Shown here: positions 30,671 through 40,569 of the stretch, in pieces | Numbering within the stretch: the first letter of the stretch is position 1 | How the letters are laid out: the number at the start of each line of letters is the position of its first letter | Notes under the pieces: model-generated | What the model saw: the letters and a program-made list of their open reading frames with translations, nothing else | What the model was told of the DNA's origin: nothing | The model's database searches: none | Translations under genes and position numbers: made by a program | Source of the DNA: Syntrophorhabdaceae bacterium | GTDB taxonomy: Bacteria > Desulfobacterota > Syntrophorhabdia > Syntrophorhabdales > Syntrophorhabdaceae | Assembly (NCBI GenBank): GCA_963665295.1 | Contig: OY762209.1 | Span: 4,992,001-5,056,000, forward strand | Direction of reading: 5' to 3' | DNA length: 64,000 nt

Positions 30671-30702
30671 CCGGGGCTCCCGAAAAGGGCCCCGGTTCTT
30701 TT
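30671..30702 (+). terminator. Rho-independent terminator after the TRAP operon
   Basis: CCGGGGCTC / GGGCCCCGG stem followed by TTCTTTT. Confidence 0.75.
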
Positions 30703-30744
30703 ATGGGATAGAACGGATTTTAACGGAGTCGGGGCGGCTACCGC

Positions 30745-31485
30745 TCACCGCCTTGCGAAGACGTCGGCAACCACCACGTTCGGATTCCCCGTCCGTAGAT
30801 TCCTCGAAGTCCTCAAAATCTTCGCTTCCCTGAAACCTGCCTGGAAGAACTCGTTGAGAAAGGCATCTCCTTCCCTGGCGCCGCTTATTCAGGCGAGCCA
30901 GCTCTTTTCCGTGGGCTCCCTCGGGCCTGCGACGGGCCTTACGAGAATCAGCTCGGCGGCGTATACCTGACCGTCTTTCCGGACCACTCGGGATAGCTCC
31001 CTGAAGATGGCCTCACGATGGGGATTGAGGTTGAAAATTCCGTTCACCATGGCCACATCGATCTCGCCGTCCTTCAAAGGAAGGTGTTCGGCGGGGGATT
31101 CATGAAATTCGATATTTGCGACGCCCGCTTCCTTTGCGGACCGCAAAGCACGCTCTATCATGGGACGGCTGAAATCAATGGCGACAACCCGTCCCCCGGG
31201 GCCTGTCTTCCGGGCCGCGATAATCGTGTCAAGCCCCGCGCCGCACCCCAGGTCGAGAACGGACGACCCTTCCCGTATCTCCGCATGAATGGAAACATTG
31301 GAAGCCCCTGCAAAGGCGTCAACGCTGTCAACGGGCAGGGTATCGAGCACCTCCCCCGAATAGCCCACGCTCTCCGCAAACGCCCTTCCCACGGGAAACA
31401 GGTGTTCCCCCTCAGGCCTTTCCGCCGCCGAGGAATAAGCCTTCCTCACGCCCTCGTACAGCCGTTTCGCCAGGTCTTCATCCAT
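30745..31485 (-). CDS. ArsM-like SAM methyltransferase, probable selenoprotein (in-frame TGA at 30889-30891)
   Basis: VLDLGCGAGLD motif; the frame continues through TGA as WLA-U-ISGA... for 47 more sense codons, matching the ArsM WxxC(I/V)xGA motif. Confidence 0.8.
30857..30888 (-). promoter_or_regulatory. Candidate bacterial SECIS hairpin
   Basis: GGGAAGG-AGAUG-CCUUUCU stem-loop after a 13-nt spacer following the UGA. Confidence 0.5.
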
Positions 31486-31650
31486 AAAACGCTCCTGAAA
31501 ATTCCATGATCTACGTCCCTATCATGTGGTCACGCCCCATGATTCCATCAGTCTACCCCATTTTGCAGGGGTCATCCAGCGCAAAAAACAGTCACCGGCG
31601 CTGCCGCTTCACCCTGATCGCCCGTCGGGCGACCCCGGCCATCTTCCCCC

Positions 31651-32028
31651 TTATGCCTTCCGGTCGACGAGCACATGTTCGACGGTAAAGAAGGCCGTCG
31701 ACGCGCCCAGGTCCACGAACTTCGCTTCGTCTTCAACGAACATGGCCCGCAGGTTTTGGCCCTCGGGCGAGTTGATGGCCGCGAGAAAATCTTCTTCCGA
31801 TTCCCACCATATCTCGCCCACGCCGTCATAGGCCTCCATCATGCCCCGTGACTTCCTGATGTTTTCGTTCAAGGGTGAATCAATGGTGTGGCTCTGGACA
31901 TAACGCACCGCCCTGTAAGTCTCCGCAAATTTCTGAAACATCGGCCCATGATGGTTGAGCCAGTAATCCTGGAACTCCGCCCGGGACATCCCGTGCCGCC
32001 GTCTGGCACAAAATACAAGTTTGATCAT
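31651..32028 (-). CDS. EthD domain-containing protein
   Basis: MSRAEFQDYWLNHH, YDGVGEIWW, DEAKFVD. Confidence 0.88.
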   Translation of the reverse strand: MIKLVFCARRRHGMSRAEFQDYWLNHHGPMFQKFAETYRAVRYVQSHTIDSPLNENIRKSRGMMEAYDGVGEIWWESEEDFLAAINSPEGQNLRAMFVEDEAKFVDLGASTAFFTVEHVLVDRKA

Positions 32029-32051
32029 AGATCAGCCTCCTCTTCCGAAAT

Positions 32052-33764
32052 TCATAGCTTTTCAATGCGCACGACCCTCTCGAAACGGTTTGCTACCGCA
32101 AGGGAGTGGGTCACGCAGATGATGGTCTGCTTCTGGAAATTGGCAAAAAGGTCGTCGAGGATCTTCTGTTCTGTCGCCTGGTCCAGGGCCGACGTAAACT
32201 CATCGAGCAGGAGAATGGCGGGATCACGCACCAATGCCCTCGCCAATGCGATGCGCTGCCGCTGGCCGCCCGACAGGTCGGTCCCTTTTGTGCCGATGAC
32301 GGTATCGTACCCGCGCGGCATGCCCATAATGGTATCGTGAATACGGACACGCTTCGCCACATCCATGATGATGTCCATGGGAACCGAATACCATCCCGTG
32401 GCGATATTTTCACGTAAGGTTGTTTTGAAAATATACGGGGTCTGTCGCACATAGGAAAAGTTCTGCAGGTAATGGGGCAGGCTGAAGGCATTGATGGGCC
32501 GCCCGTCAAGGAGGATTTCCCCTTCGTCCGGCTTTATCTGCCTGGTAAGAAGGTCGATAATGGTGCTCTTCCCCGCGCCGCTGGGCCCCATGATGGCAAC
32601 CTTCCCTCCCGGCTCGACGGTAAGGCAGAAATCCCTTATCACCGGTTTTCCCGCCACATGGCCGAAGGACACATTGCAGTATTCGATGCACGTCGATCCC
32701 ATGATCTCCGTGATGCCGGCAACGGGTCTTATCTCTTCCTCCGGGTAGTCCAGAACCTCCTCGATTCTCCTCATGAGCGGTGAGGCCTGGATCAGCTTTG
32801 TCATGCCGAAAATGATGGACTGGAGACTGTAGGCGATAAAAGACAGGTACACATTGTACGCAATCAGGGTGCCCACGCTGATGTTCGTGAGGCCGCGGCA
32901 AATCCAGTAACCCCCCAGAAGGAAGGGGAAGAATGTGATCAGCCTCGAAAGGAACTCCATGGAATGGAAAGTACCGTCCCCCATAACCACGGAACGTATG
33001 TTGGCGGAGGTGAAGCGCCGGGCCGAGTCCAGGAAACGCCGGGCGCCTTCCTGTGAGTGCTGGTAAAATCTCATCTCCTTTATACCCGCCAAAATGTCGA
33101 GCATCGTTTCGTTCTGCTCCGAAAGTCTCTGCCTCGCTATCCTCGCGAAGCGGGACAGGGGTTTCTGGAACAGGAGGATGATAAAAACAAAACAGGGCAG
33201 GGAGAGAACGATATAGAGCCCCAGGTCCCATTCCCATGTGAGCATAAGGACGGCAAAAACGATAATTGTGGTGAAGTGGTCCACGCTGGGAAAGATATAA
33301 TCAAGGACAAGAACGGAAAGAAGGTCCGTGTCGTTGGAAACCCTGGTGATGACGTCGCCCATTTCATACTTTCCGAAGAAGGGAGCCGGTTTCTTTATGA
33401 CCGAGGTAACAAGCCGGGTCCGAAGGTCAAGGAATATCCGCTCCAACGACGTTCCCAGGAAATAACTCTTAAGAAAGGAGAAAACGAGGAAGGCGGCAAA
33501 GCTGAGGAGAATCAAGCCGGTGTAATGGTAAAAGAGCCGCAAGTCGCGGGCGGGAAGCGCCTTGTCGAGTATATCCGCAAGGCAAAGGGGCCCATAAGTG
33601 GCCGCCCCCACCCGTCCCAGGTCGGCCATATACGCCGCGATCAACCCGCCCCCATGAGCGCGCACACCCGGCTTAAGAAGCCGGAACAGCTCCCTGTAGG
33701 TTGACACAATCGTGCCGCCCCCGGGCGCCAGGTTATCGGATTGTTCAAGGTTCCTGGTAGTCAC
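32052..33764 (-). CDS. ABC exporter, fused permease/ATPase
   Basis: TM domain plus GPSGAGKST, LSGGQRQR, LLLDEFTSALD. Confidence 0.92.
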   Translation of the reverse strand: MTTRNLEQSDNLAPGGGTIVSTYRELFRLLKPGVRAHGGGLIAAYMADLGRVGAATYGPLCLADILDKALPARDLRLFYHYTGLILLSFAAFLVFSFLKSYFLGTSLERIFLDLRTRLVTSVIKKPAPFFGKYEMGDVITRVSNDTDLLSVLVLDYIFPSVDHFTTIIVFAVLMLTWEWDLGLYIVLSLPCFVFIILLFQKPLSRFARIARQRLSEQNETMLDILAGIKEMRFYQHSQEGARRFLDSARRFTSANIRSVVMGDGTFHSMEFLSRLITFFPFLLGGYWICRGLTNISVGTLIAYNVYLSFIAYSLQSIIFGMTKLIQASPLMRRIEEVLDYPEEEIRPVAGITEIMGSTCIEYCNVSFGHVAGKPVIRDFCLTVEPGGKVAIMGPSGAGKSTIIDLLTRQIKPDEGEILLDGRPINAFSLPHYLQNFSYVRQTPYIFKTTLRENIATGWYSVPMDIIMDVAKRVRIHDTIMGMPRGYDTVIGTKGTDLSGGQRQRIALARALVRDPAILLLDEFTSALDQATEQKILDDLFANFQKQTIICVTHSLAVANRFERVVRIEKL

Positions 33765-34246
33765 AGACTATTAGTATACACCTATCCCGGGTGCTGTGGG
33801 AGGGGTTGCCGAGAAAAAGATTGCGGGGCGTGAGGAAGTCCGGAATTCGTGAGGATGCGAGAGTTGGGCAGGCGGGCGGTCGGGGACGGTCCTTCCCGGT
33901 AGCTCCCTGGCGCTGAAATGTGACCCTTTGCTCAATTCCACCGCCCTCGATGCTTAAGTGCGCAGAAGTTTCACATTTGAGGGCAAGTCGGCAGCTCGCA
34001 AACCCTGCCGGTTTTGTCATGTCTGATCCACCTGGTCCGGCGCATCGTGTCCGCAAAAGGGCGCGGCCAAGGTCGATGCTTGAAAAGACAAGCCTTTCTT
34101 GACCGGTCAGCCCAATTTCGTCCGTGAGCACGCACCGGTTGTTGAGCGTACGGACTCTACTTGGAGAAGATGCAAACGCCTTACTTCCTGTGAGTCGCGG
34201 TCTGATACCGGCTTCGGTCTCGTGCACCTTCGACCACCATCATGAA

Positions 34247-34433
34247 GGAGAACCCCTCTTTCACCCCTGCGTGCATTGCGGAAGGCAGCTAAGAAAACTC
34301 AGCGAAAATCATCGGCGAGGTAGAGAGCCCCCTCGACTTGTAGGGGGATGGGGGGTGGCATTCGCCGGGGATTTTCGCGCCAGGTTTTCTCTGCCTGGAG
34401 CGCCGGCACGCGGGGGTGAAAGAGGGGTTCTCC
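34247..34433. repeat. 187-bp rod-like inverted-repeat element (MITE-like or ncRNA)
   Basis: 28-bp terminal inverted repeat (27/28 match) plus nested complementary blocks. Confidence 0.7.
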
Positions 34434-34600
34434 CTGCCCTCCACACAACGCGGCCCTCCGACGAGTACCGTCAAAAGGACGTTTTACCGACGTTGCAGTT
34501 CCTTCTTGCACAGTTGTGTTCAAAAACAGGTACATCGTGCCGGTGCAGCCTTTGCAGCAACCTTACGCCGGTCGTAGGGCTCACTCACCGGAACTTAATT

Positions 34601-34641
34601 GAAAACTCATCCGGCGCCCGGATGCGCGGGCGCCGGATGAG
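34601..34641 (-). terminator. Rho-independent terminator
   Basis: Perfect 15-bp stem CTCATCCGGCGCCCG / CGGGCGCCGGATGAG, then TTTTC on the minus strand. Confidence 0.75.
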
Positions 34642-34673
34642 CGGGTTTTCCGTGTTGGGATGCAGCTACGGGA

Positions 34674-35564
34674 TTATTCTGTGTACGGCGGCTCGCCCTG
34701 GATTGAGCGCACCAAGTTGAGGGCCTTGGTCACCTGATCTTTGGTTCCCCTGAAAACAAGCCAGACGGCTCCTTCCGCACCGCTCACGCCTCCTGCGCTG
34801 GACTGGAAGGCCGTTGCGCCCGTGAGGATCTTAATGGCCTCAAGTTCCGTTACGATCTCGCCTGTGAGGAGCCACATGGAGGGAAGGGTGTAGCCGGGAA
34901 ATGGCGTCGCCGGAGGACCGGACGGGGCAGGTAACGATTCCATGGGCTCACGCATCTTCAATGTCAGATCCACCATATCCCCCGCAACCAACTTCTCGAG
35001 GCCGACCGGAATGACGAGGTGGGCTTTGCGTGCAATTATGAAGGGCATTGTGATCCCAGTCGTTCCCCCTGACGGGTCCAGAATATTGACTGCCGCCAGT
35101 TTGTTCTTGTAGTCAAGGGCATTGGCCCCCTTCATGACCACATCGCCGCGCTTCAGTTTCTTCACGGCATCGGTAAGGGGGATATCGACTACCTTGCCCT
35201 TTTCCAGCACAATGTGGTTAACGGTCTGCCCCTTGAGCAGCTTTTTGGCCCCTTTTTCAGGTTCAATTCTTCCCGTCACATATGCCGCATGGGAGACCTT
35301 CTGTCCGGTGATCTCCTCTGCCACGTAGGCGTTGGTCGTCCCTTTGATGATAATGACCATACCCTTTTCAAGGGCATTCCTTACGATCGGCATCTGCGCC
35401 ACGGCCTTGGCGATGAGCCGCTTGGAATCGGCTACCGTCAGGATCGCTCCGCTCTGGACCATGTTCGCCGGTTCCGCCGCTGCCAGTACGCCGGCCAGAA
35501 CCCATTGGACGAGCAGAACCGCCATAAGTACAAAAAGTTTCTTTCCTGCATTACGATTGACCAT
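34674..35564 (-). CDS. Conserved-looking hypothetical protein with signal peptide
   Basis: Sec-type N-terminus; GTTNAYVAEE, KGANALD, IPVGLEK, GGVSGAEG; RBS GGAGG. Confidence 0.75.
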   Translation of the reverse strand: MVNRNAGKKLFVLMAVLLVQWVLAGVLAAAEPANMVQSGAILTVADSKRLIAKAVAQMPIVRNALEKGMVIIIKGTTNAYVAEEITGQKVSHAAYVTGRIEPEKGAKKLLKGQTVNHIVLEKGKVVDIPLTDAVKKLKRGDVVMKGANALDYKNKLAAVNILDPSGGTTGITMPFIIARKAHLVIPVGLEKLVAGDMVDLTLKMREPMESLPAPSGPPATPFPGYTLPSMWLLTGEIVTELEAIKILTGATAFQSSAGGVSGAEGAVWLVFRGTKDQVTKALNLVRSIQGEPPYTE

Positions 35565-36003
35565 GATTTTTCCTCCCGTTTGTTTTGAAGCGCTTCGACG
35601 TAACTGTCGTTACCTCTATACCACTGGAATCGTCTTGTTGGCCCTTTTTCCATGTTTGCTGCAATTTTCTTTTATCATACGGACGGTCAAAGTCAAGCGA
35701 AATGTTGCGAACCCCCGTACCTGAGGGGTCAACACGTCTCCAGTATTGAGTTCCCCTATACGGAGCGGGGGTGCTGTCGCCGCGAATGGTTCACAGGTGA
35801 GGGAACGGGAAGGGTGCGCGATCACAGGCGAAGGATAGATCAGGGCCGGGTCCCGGTTCCGTAGCGAATGAAGATTCAATCCTTTGTTGTTTTTCGGGAG
35901 AGTAGTGCTTACTTTTATGATATCATAAACATGCGGTTTGTTGAGGGAAGCGTCAGACCAGCCCACGGGCCTCCGGAGAGGCTCCATTAAGGAGAACGAG
36001 ACA

Positions 36004-36459
36004 ATGGACCAGAACGAATACAAGAAGATTATCTCATTTGCCATCGATCAGGAAATGGAGGCATTTACGTTCTATCACTCAATCGCACAGAGGGCGGAGG
36101 ACAAAAACGTCAAGAACCTCTTCAGCGATCTGGCAGCAGATGAGAAAAAACACCGGGTTACCTTGGAGGCATTCCTCGACAGGGCACCGGATAAGCTGCA
36201 TTTTTCGGAAGCGAAGGATTATAAGGTTGTGGACTCAATTCCCACGCCCCCGCTGAGCCCGGACCTCAAACCTCTGGATGGCCTGGTAATCGCCATAAGG
36301 AAAGAGCTCGAAGCCATGCAGATGTACACCCAACTGGCAGTAAGAAGCACCGAGGCAGCGCAGAAGGATGTCTTCCTTGAGCTTGCATCCATGGAGCGCG
36401 GGCACAAGAACAGGCTTGAAGACATATACACGAATATGGCGTTCCCCGAGGCCTGGTAG
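36004..36459 (+). CDS. Rubrerythrin/ferritin-like diiron protein
   Basis: Duplicated E..E..FY / ExxH motifs (DEKKH, MERGH). Confidence 0.88.
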   Translation: MDQNEYKKIISFAIDQEMEAFTFYHSIAQRAEDKNVKNLFSDLAADEKKHRVTLEAFLDRAPDKLHFSEAKDYKVVDSIPTPPLSPDLKPLDGLVIAIRKELEAMQMYTQLAVRSTEAAQKDVFLELASMERGHKNRLEDIYTNMAFPEAW

Positions 36460-36602
36460 GGCGGCGGCAACCCTTCTTTGAGGGTCCGGCGGGTGCTTCG
36501 CGGGGACCGACGTCGGCACACGGGAAAAGGAAGCCTATGGGCGCTGTCCGACAAGGCTGGAAGCCGGGGGATACCCCGGCGTTTGATGGGTCGCGCAGTA
36601 TT

Positions 36603-36917
36603 TCATGAACCCCGTGCCGTCGTGGCCCATCTCATTCCGGACATTGTCGCCATATCGGTGTGCGGGGTCGCCCCGAGCTCGCACAACCGTCGGCAAGACG
36701 CAACGGCGTCATCCACGGCCCAGTATACGACGGCCCTGTCCTCGCCCTTCGAAGCGCCGGTACCGGGGACAAGGACTAAGGTTGACGCCCCGGCAGGAAA
36801 GGCAACGGCGAAAGGCGAATCAAACACGGGGTCTGCGTCGAGGACCTGCCGATACCACTGTTTTGCCTTTTCAATATCCAATACGCGATAGACTATTCTC
36901 CCCGGACTTTTGAACAT
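36603..36917 (-). pseudogene. Truncated VOC/glyoxalase family protein
   Basis: DIEKAKQWYRQVL, VVYWAVDD, ELGA; ends before the usual DPxGN strand. Confidence 0.55.
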
Positions 36918-36990
36918 GCCCTCTCCTTTTCGAGTCCCCTGGTTGCGGAAGATGATCCGGCTATACAGGCGCGGACATCACCCCTGCAGT

Positions 36991-37764
36991 TCAAGTCTTC
37001 TCCGGGCTACCGACTCCCCGTGTCTCGAACTCCCCTGTGAGTGAAGTGATAACCATATCGTTCAACTCCATCCGCAGGGCCTGACCGATATCAAGGTGAA
37101 GGGCCTGATTGATCGCGGCTTTGGCAAGCCTGTTCGCCAGGGCCGGGCTTCGGGCGATCTTCTCGGCAATGGCGGTGGCCTCGGCCAACAGGCTGTCCAA
37201 CGGGACGACTCTGTTTACCAAACCCCACTTCTCCGCAAGGTCGGCGTCAATGATCCTGTTTGCCAGGATCATCTCTTTTGCCCTGAGAAGACCGATCAGG
37301 AGAGGCAGTATCTTGGTTCCCCCGTTGCTCACGGCGGAACCAAGGGTCGTCTCGGGAAATCCGAACTTCGCGCCTTCCGCGGCGATAATCAGGTCGCAGT
37401 TCATGGCCCATTCGCATCCGGCCCCGATTGCGTATCCGTGAACCGCGGCAATGACAGGCTTACCCATATTCACGATAGTGGCGGTGATCTGTTGCAGTTC
37501 CTCCACATCTGCGATATGTTCCTCCAGGGTGGAAGGCAACGTCGCCTCTGCAAGATCATGGCCTGAGCAGAACGCCCGGCCCTTTCCATGGAAGATGATC
37601 GCCCTGACCTCGGGATCGACCTCAGCCTCCCGCAAAGCGGAAAGCAACTCCTTCACCATCCTGCCGTTCTGGGCATTCAACTTCTCCGGCCTGTTCAAAC
37701 CTACAAAGCCCACAGCGCCTTTCTTGTCGTAGATCACGGTTTGCCGTTCCACAATTTCTCCCAT
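36991..37764 (-). CDS. Enoyl-CoA hydratase/isomerase
   Basis: LNRPEKLNA, FCSGHDL, IAAVHGYAIGAGCE, FGFPE. Confidence 0.92.
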   Translation of the reverse strand: MGEIVERQTVIYDKKGAVGFVGLNRPEKLNAQNGRMVKELLSALREAEVDPEVRAIIFHGKGRAFCSGHDLAEATLPSTLEEHIADVEELQQITATIVNMGKPVIAAVHGYAIGAGCEWAMNCDLIIAAEGAKFGFPETTLGSAVSNGGTKILPLLIGLLRAKEMILANRIIDADLAEKWGLVNRVVPLDSLLAEATAIAEKIARSPALANRLAKAAINQALHLDIGQALRMELNDMVITSLTGEFETRGVGSPEKT

Positions 37765-37985
37765 TCTAACCCCTCCCGTTGTTTAAGGTCTGTCGTGCAA
37801 GGTCCCGATGTATCTATCTCCATAGAATTATACACTACTTTCGAAGGAACCGTTCATGAAGATTGAGGCACGGACGTGAGAGAAAGCATAAATCTTTACT
37901 TTGTTGGCCGCTTTCACGCAATATGGAATGACGGCGCTCTTGATGGGGGGGGTCCGGGGAGGAGGAAACCTACAGCCTTAAGACG

Positions 37986-38087
37986 CGTCGACGGGGCGTC
38001 CGTTCAAAGTGAACGTACCGGACAGAAGCGTGGATCACTGCAGCGCCTTTGCCCTCACCTTCTCTTTGAACCGGCGCCCCGTCGACG
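37986..38087. repeat. Long intergenic inverted repeat
   Basis: 37986-38009 and 38064-38087 are reverse complements at 22/24 positions. Confidence 0.7.
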
Positions 38088-38134
38088 GGGTATCATTTTC
38101 GGTTCAGAAGTGGAATTACCTCACGCTCCTTTTG

Positions 38135-40219
38135 TTACTTGCCGTTACCCCAAAGATCGATCGTCTTGGTGAGCGCCGACGGATCGTTGGTGGTGATGGT
38201 GATGGTCGCATGTTTTCCGTCCGCCACAGATGAAGGCTTGAATGCGATCTGGAACGTACATTTCTTGTTGGGCTGGACAGTGCCGGCAGTCGTGCAGTTG
38301 TCGTTCTGCCTTGTAAACTCACCCGCGTTGCCTGAAACGATCGTAGGGTCGGAAACCGCGACAGTGAGGGGAACCGCGCCCTTGGTGGTCTTGTTGGTCA
38401 CGCTGAAGGTGACTACCCCAGGCTTCGTGCTCGTCACCTTCACGTTGCCGAAGTTCTTGGGAGAAGCAGGGGAGACGAGAAGGGTCGGGTCCTGGCTGAA
38501 TACGGCCCGCATCTCGGTGGGACCGGTAGCCTCGGTCATGGTGATAGGACAGGCCGTTTTCGTTGTACAGGAGGGATCCGCTCCGCTCACATAATACCAC
38601 CGGTTGAAAACCCATCCCGTTGCGGCCTTTGCAGTAAGGACTACCTGTTTGTTAGGAAGGAAGGGAGCCGAGCACCGGCCGCCCGCGTTGCTGCAGTTTA
38701 TGCCCGCAGGGCCGCTTTTCACTGTGCCCGAACCGGCTATGTCGGCGGTGAGAAAATACGACGTTGCGATCATCACGTTGTTGAAATAGCCCATTGCCTT
38801 GGCTTCATGTATGTTGGTATCTCCCGGGACCGGTTGATCGATTATCATAGCCCCGAGCCCCTTGAAGGGCGCCTTGGCTACCGTGGCGTTTGCCATATAG
38901 GTTTTCGGGGTGAAGCTGAACGTCTCTTTGTTCCCTACGAAGGTGAATTTGGTGCCGTCCCAGGCAACGGACAGGTTGTAAGACTTGCTCTGGTTGGGAG
39001 GGAGAACCTTTTTCGACTCGCCGCCGGCTATTTCTTCAAAGTCGCTCATAGTCGTGCCCGTGAACCTTACCACTTTCCATTTGCCTATGTAATATAATCC
39101 GTCACTTGTCCGCTTCAGCCCGACGTACGCGCCGATGTCGCCTTCAAAGCCGTCCCCCGCGGAGCCGTCGTTAAAAAACCTCCCGCCCACGTAGATGAAC
39201 GGTTTCAAGCCGGCAGGACCATCCGATGAAAGTTCACCGGGCGTGACAGTGGCCTGTATGGCCGATACGTTGTTGGGGGCGGCTACGGGAAGAGTGTTCT
39301 CGGTAACGGCGCCTGTGAAACCTCTGGCGAACAAGGTAAGGTGGTTATCCGCGATGGCCCTCACAAACTCATAATTGGACCACTTGGTCCTGGCGATATA
39401 GTCGGCCGAGAAATCATCGTAAGGGTCGCTGCTGAGGTTTGTATAAACATTGTCGAAGTACGCGGAAGCAAAACCCGCTTTACCCCCCGACTCGTCCGTG
39501 TTGTTCAATACTTTCGTGTAGAGTCCCCTGAACAGGGAGCGCGGGGGGTCTATGGTACCTGAGGCGGTGTAAGTCTTTGTGGTCCCGCTGTATGTGGCGG
39601 TGAATGTGGAGGTACTCTGGTCCCATGCTACCGTCACCGTGTAAGGCGTGTCCATTGACACGGTGATGGGCCAGACTGCGCTCGCAAGGGGGGTCGGATC
39701 AGTGGTGGAGCAATCGGACGAATTGAACCTTGACACACTGCAGAAAAGCTTTGGAACCGTCGGAGAACCATTGGTATAGCCGATGCCGATCTGTCCGATG
39801 ATATCGCCGGTGCAGTCTCCCGGTCCGCTGGAGGTTCCATCATTGTAGAACCTGCCCCCCACCATGGCCATTGCCTTCGTGGGGTTTTCCGGGTCTCCGT
39901 AATCGAACTGGTGAGGTGTGATGGTCGCCGTTATCGTGGTGATAGTCGAGGGGTCCACATCGCCCCCGAACTTGAGGGTGTTCGATATGGGGCCGGTCGA
40001 GCCGTTGGCGCTCCTCGCAAGGAGCCAGAGCCGTCCGTTGTCAATCTCGCGCACGAACTCGTAATTGTTCCATAGGGCCGAATCGATGACGCCCTCAGAA
40101 AAGTCGTCATATGGGGTAAACGTCGTCGCAGCCTGCAATACCGGCGCGTGAGGCAGGAGAAATGTGGCGAACGCTAAAAGAACGACCAACAACCCTTTCC
40201 GCAGCACTTTCTTTTTCAT
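38135..40219 (-). CDS. Secreted surface protein with duplicated beta-rich domain and C-terminal Ig-like/InlB-B-like modules
   Basis: Signal peptide; internal repeat PYDDFS..W.NYEFVR; GSGTVKSGPAGINC..VVLTAKAATGWVF..W; FGNV..C..C.FQIAFKP. Confidence 0.8.
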   Translation of the reverse strand: MKKKVLRKGLLVVLLAFATFLLPHAPVLQAATTFTPYDDFSEGVIDSALWNNYEFVREIDNGRLWLLARSANGSTGPISNTLKFGGDVDPSTITTITATITPHQFDYGDPENPTKAMAMVGGRFYNDGTSSGPGDCTGDIIGQIGIGYTNGSPTVPKLFCSVSRFNSSDCSTTDPTPLASAVWPITVSMDTPYTVTVAWDQSTSTFTATYSGTTKTYTASGTIDPPRSLFRGLYTKVLNNTDESGGKAGFASAYFDNVYTNLSSDPYDDFSADYIARTKWSNYEFVRAIADNHLTLFARGFTGAVTENTLPVAAPNNVSAIQATVTPGELSSDGPAGLKPFIYVGGRFFNDGSAGDGFEGDIGAYVGLKRTSDGLYYIGKWKVVRFTGTTMSDFEEIAGGESKKVLPPNQSKSYNLSVAWDGTKFTFVGNKETFSFTPKTYMANATVAKAPFKGLGAMIIDQPVPGDTNIHEAKAMGYFNNVMIATSYFLTADIAGSGTVKSGPAGINCSNAGGRCSAPFLPNKQVVLTAKAATGWVFNRWYYVSGADPSCTTKTACPITMTEATGPTEMRAVFSQDPTLLVSPASPKNFGNVKVTSTKPGVVTFSVTNKTTKGAVPLTVAVSDPTIVSGNAGEFTRQNDNCTTAGTVQPNKKCTFQIAFKPSSVADGKHATITITTNDPSALTKTIDLWGNGK

Positions 40220-40569
40220 CGCAACTCCTTACACTGATGTTTTGGTGAAGCCCGTTGGTTTCTTCGCTAAACCCCGGGTCACGGAAGATGGCCCTATTGT
40301 GGCGACGCTTTCCTGCAACGCGAAACCAGGGTGCGCCCCCATCCTCCAGCACTCCTGTCAAGTTTAACCGGTTCGCGTGTTCATTACAACGACAATTTCG
40401 CGGATGCCCTCGGCACATGTATCCACGCATTCCGATAGCCCCTTTTCCCTTCCATGCCCTACTTTGCCGCTGGTCCGGGCCGCCGGAGGGGAAGGATGTA
40501 AGGAAGGGTCACCGTCAGACGTTCAAGGCCGCAGGATGGGCGGGGACCAGGGGATTGCGGCATTTCCCT

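Noticed and set aside
33745..34227. 160-aa minus-strand ORF upstream of the ABC exporter
   Set aside because: No recognisable family or clear RBS; possibly a gene remnant but I cannot support it.
35706..35780. Imperfect hairpin as a possible riboswitch
   Set aside because: No match to riboswitch consensus sequences I can recognise; an Rfam scan is needed.
36991..37764. Enoyl-CoA hydratase as the missing step of the iaa-like pathway
   Set aside because: It is 6 kb outside the island and separately transcribed, with no GTATAC operator seen; the link is unsupported.
40230..40345. Leader of the secreted protein as a possible c-di-GMP riboswitch
   Set aside because: Lacks the recognisable class I or class II core motifs.
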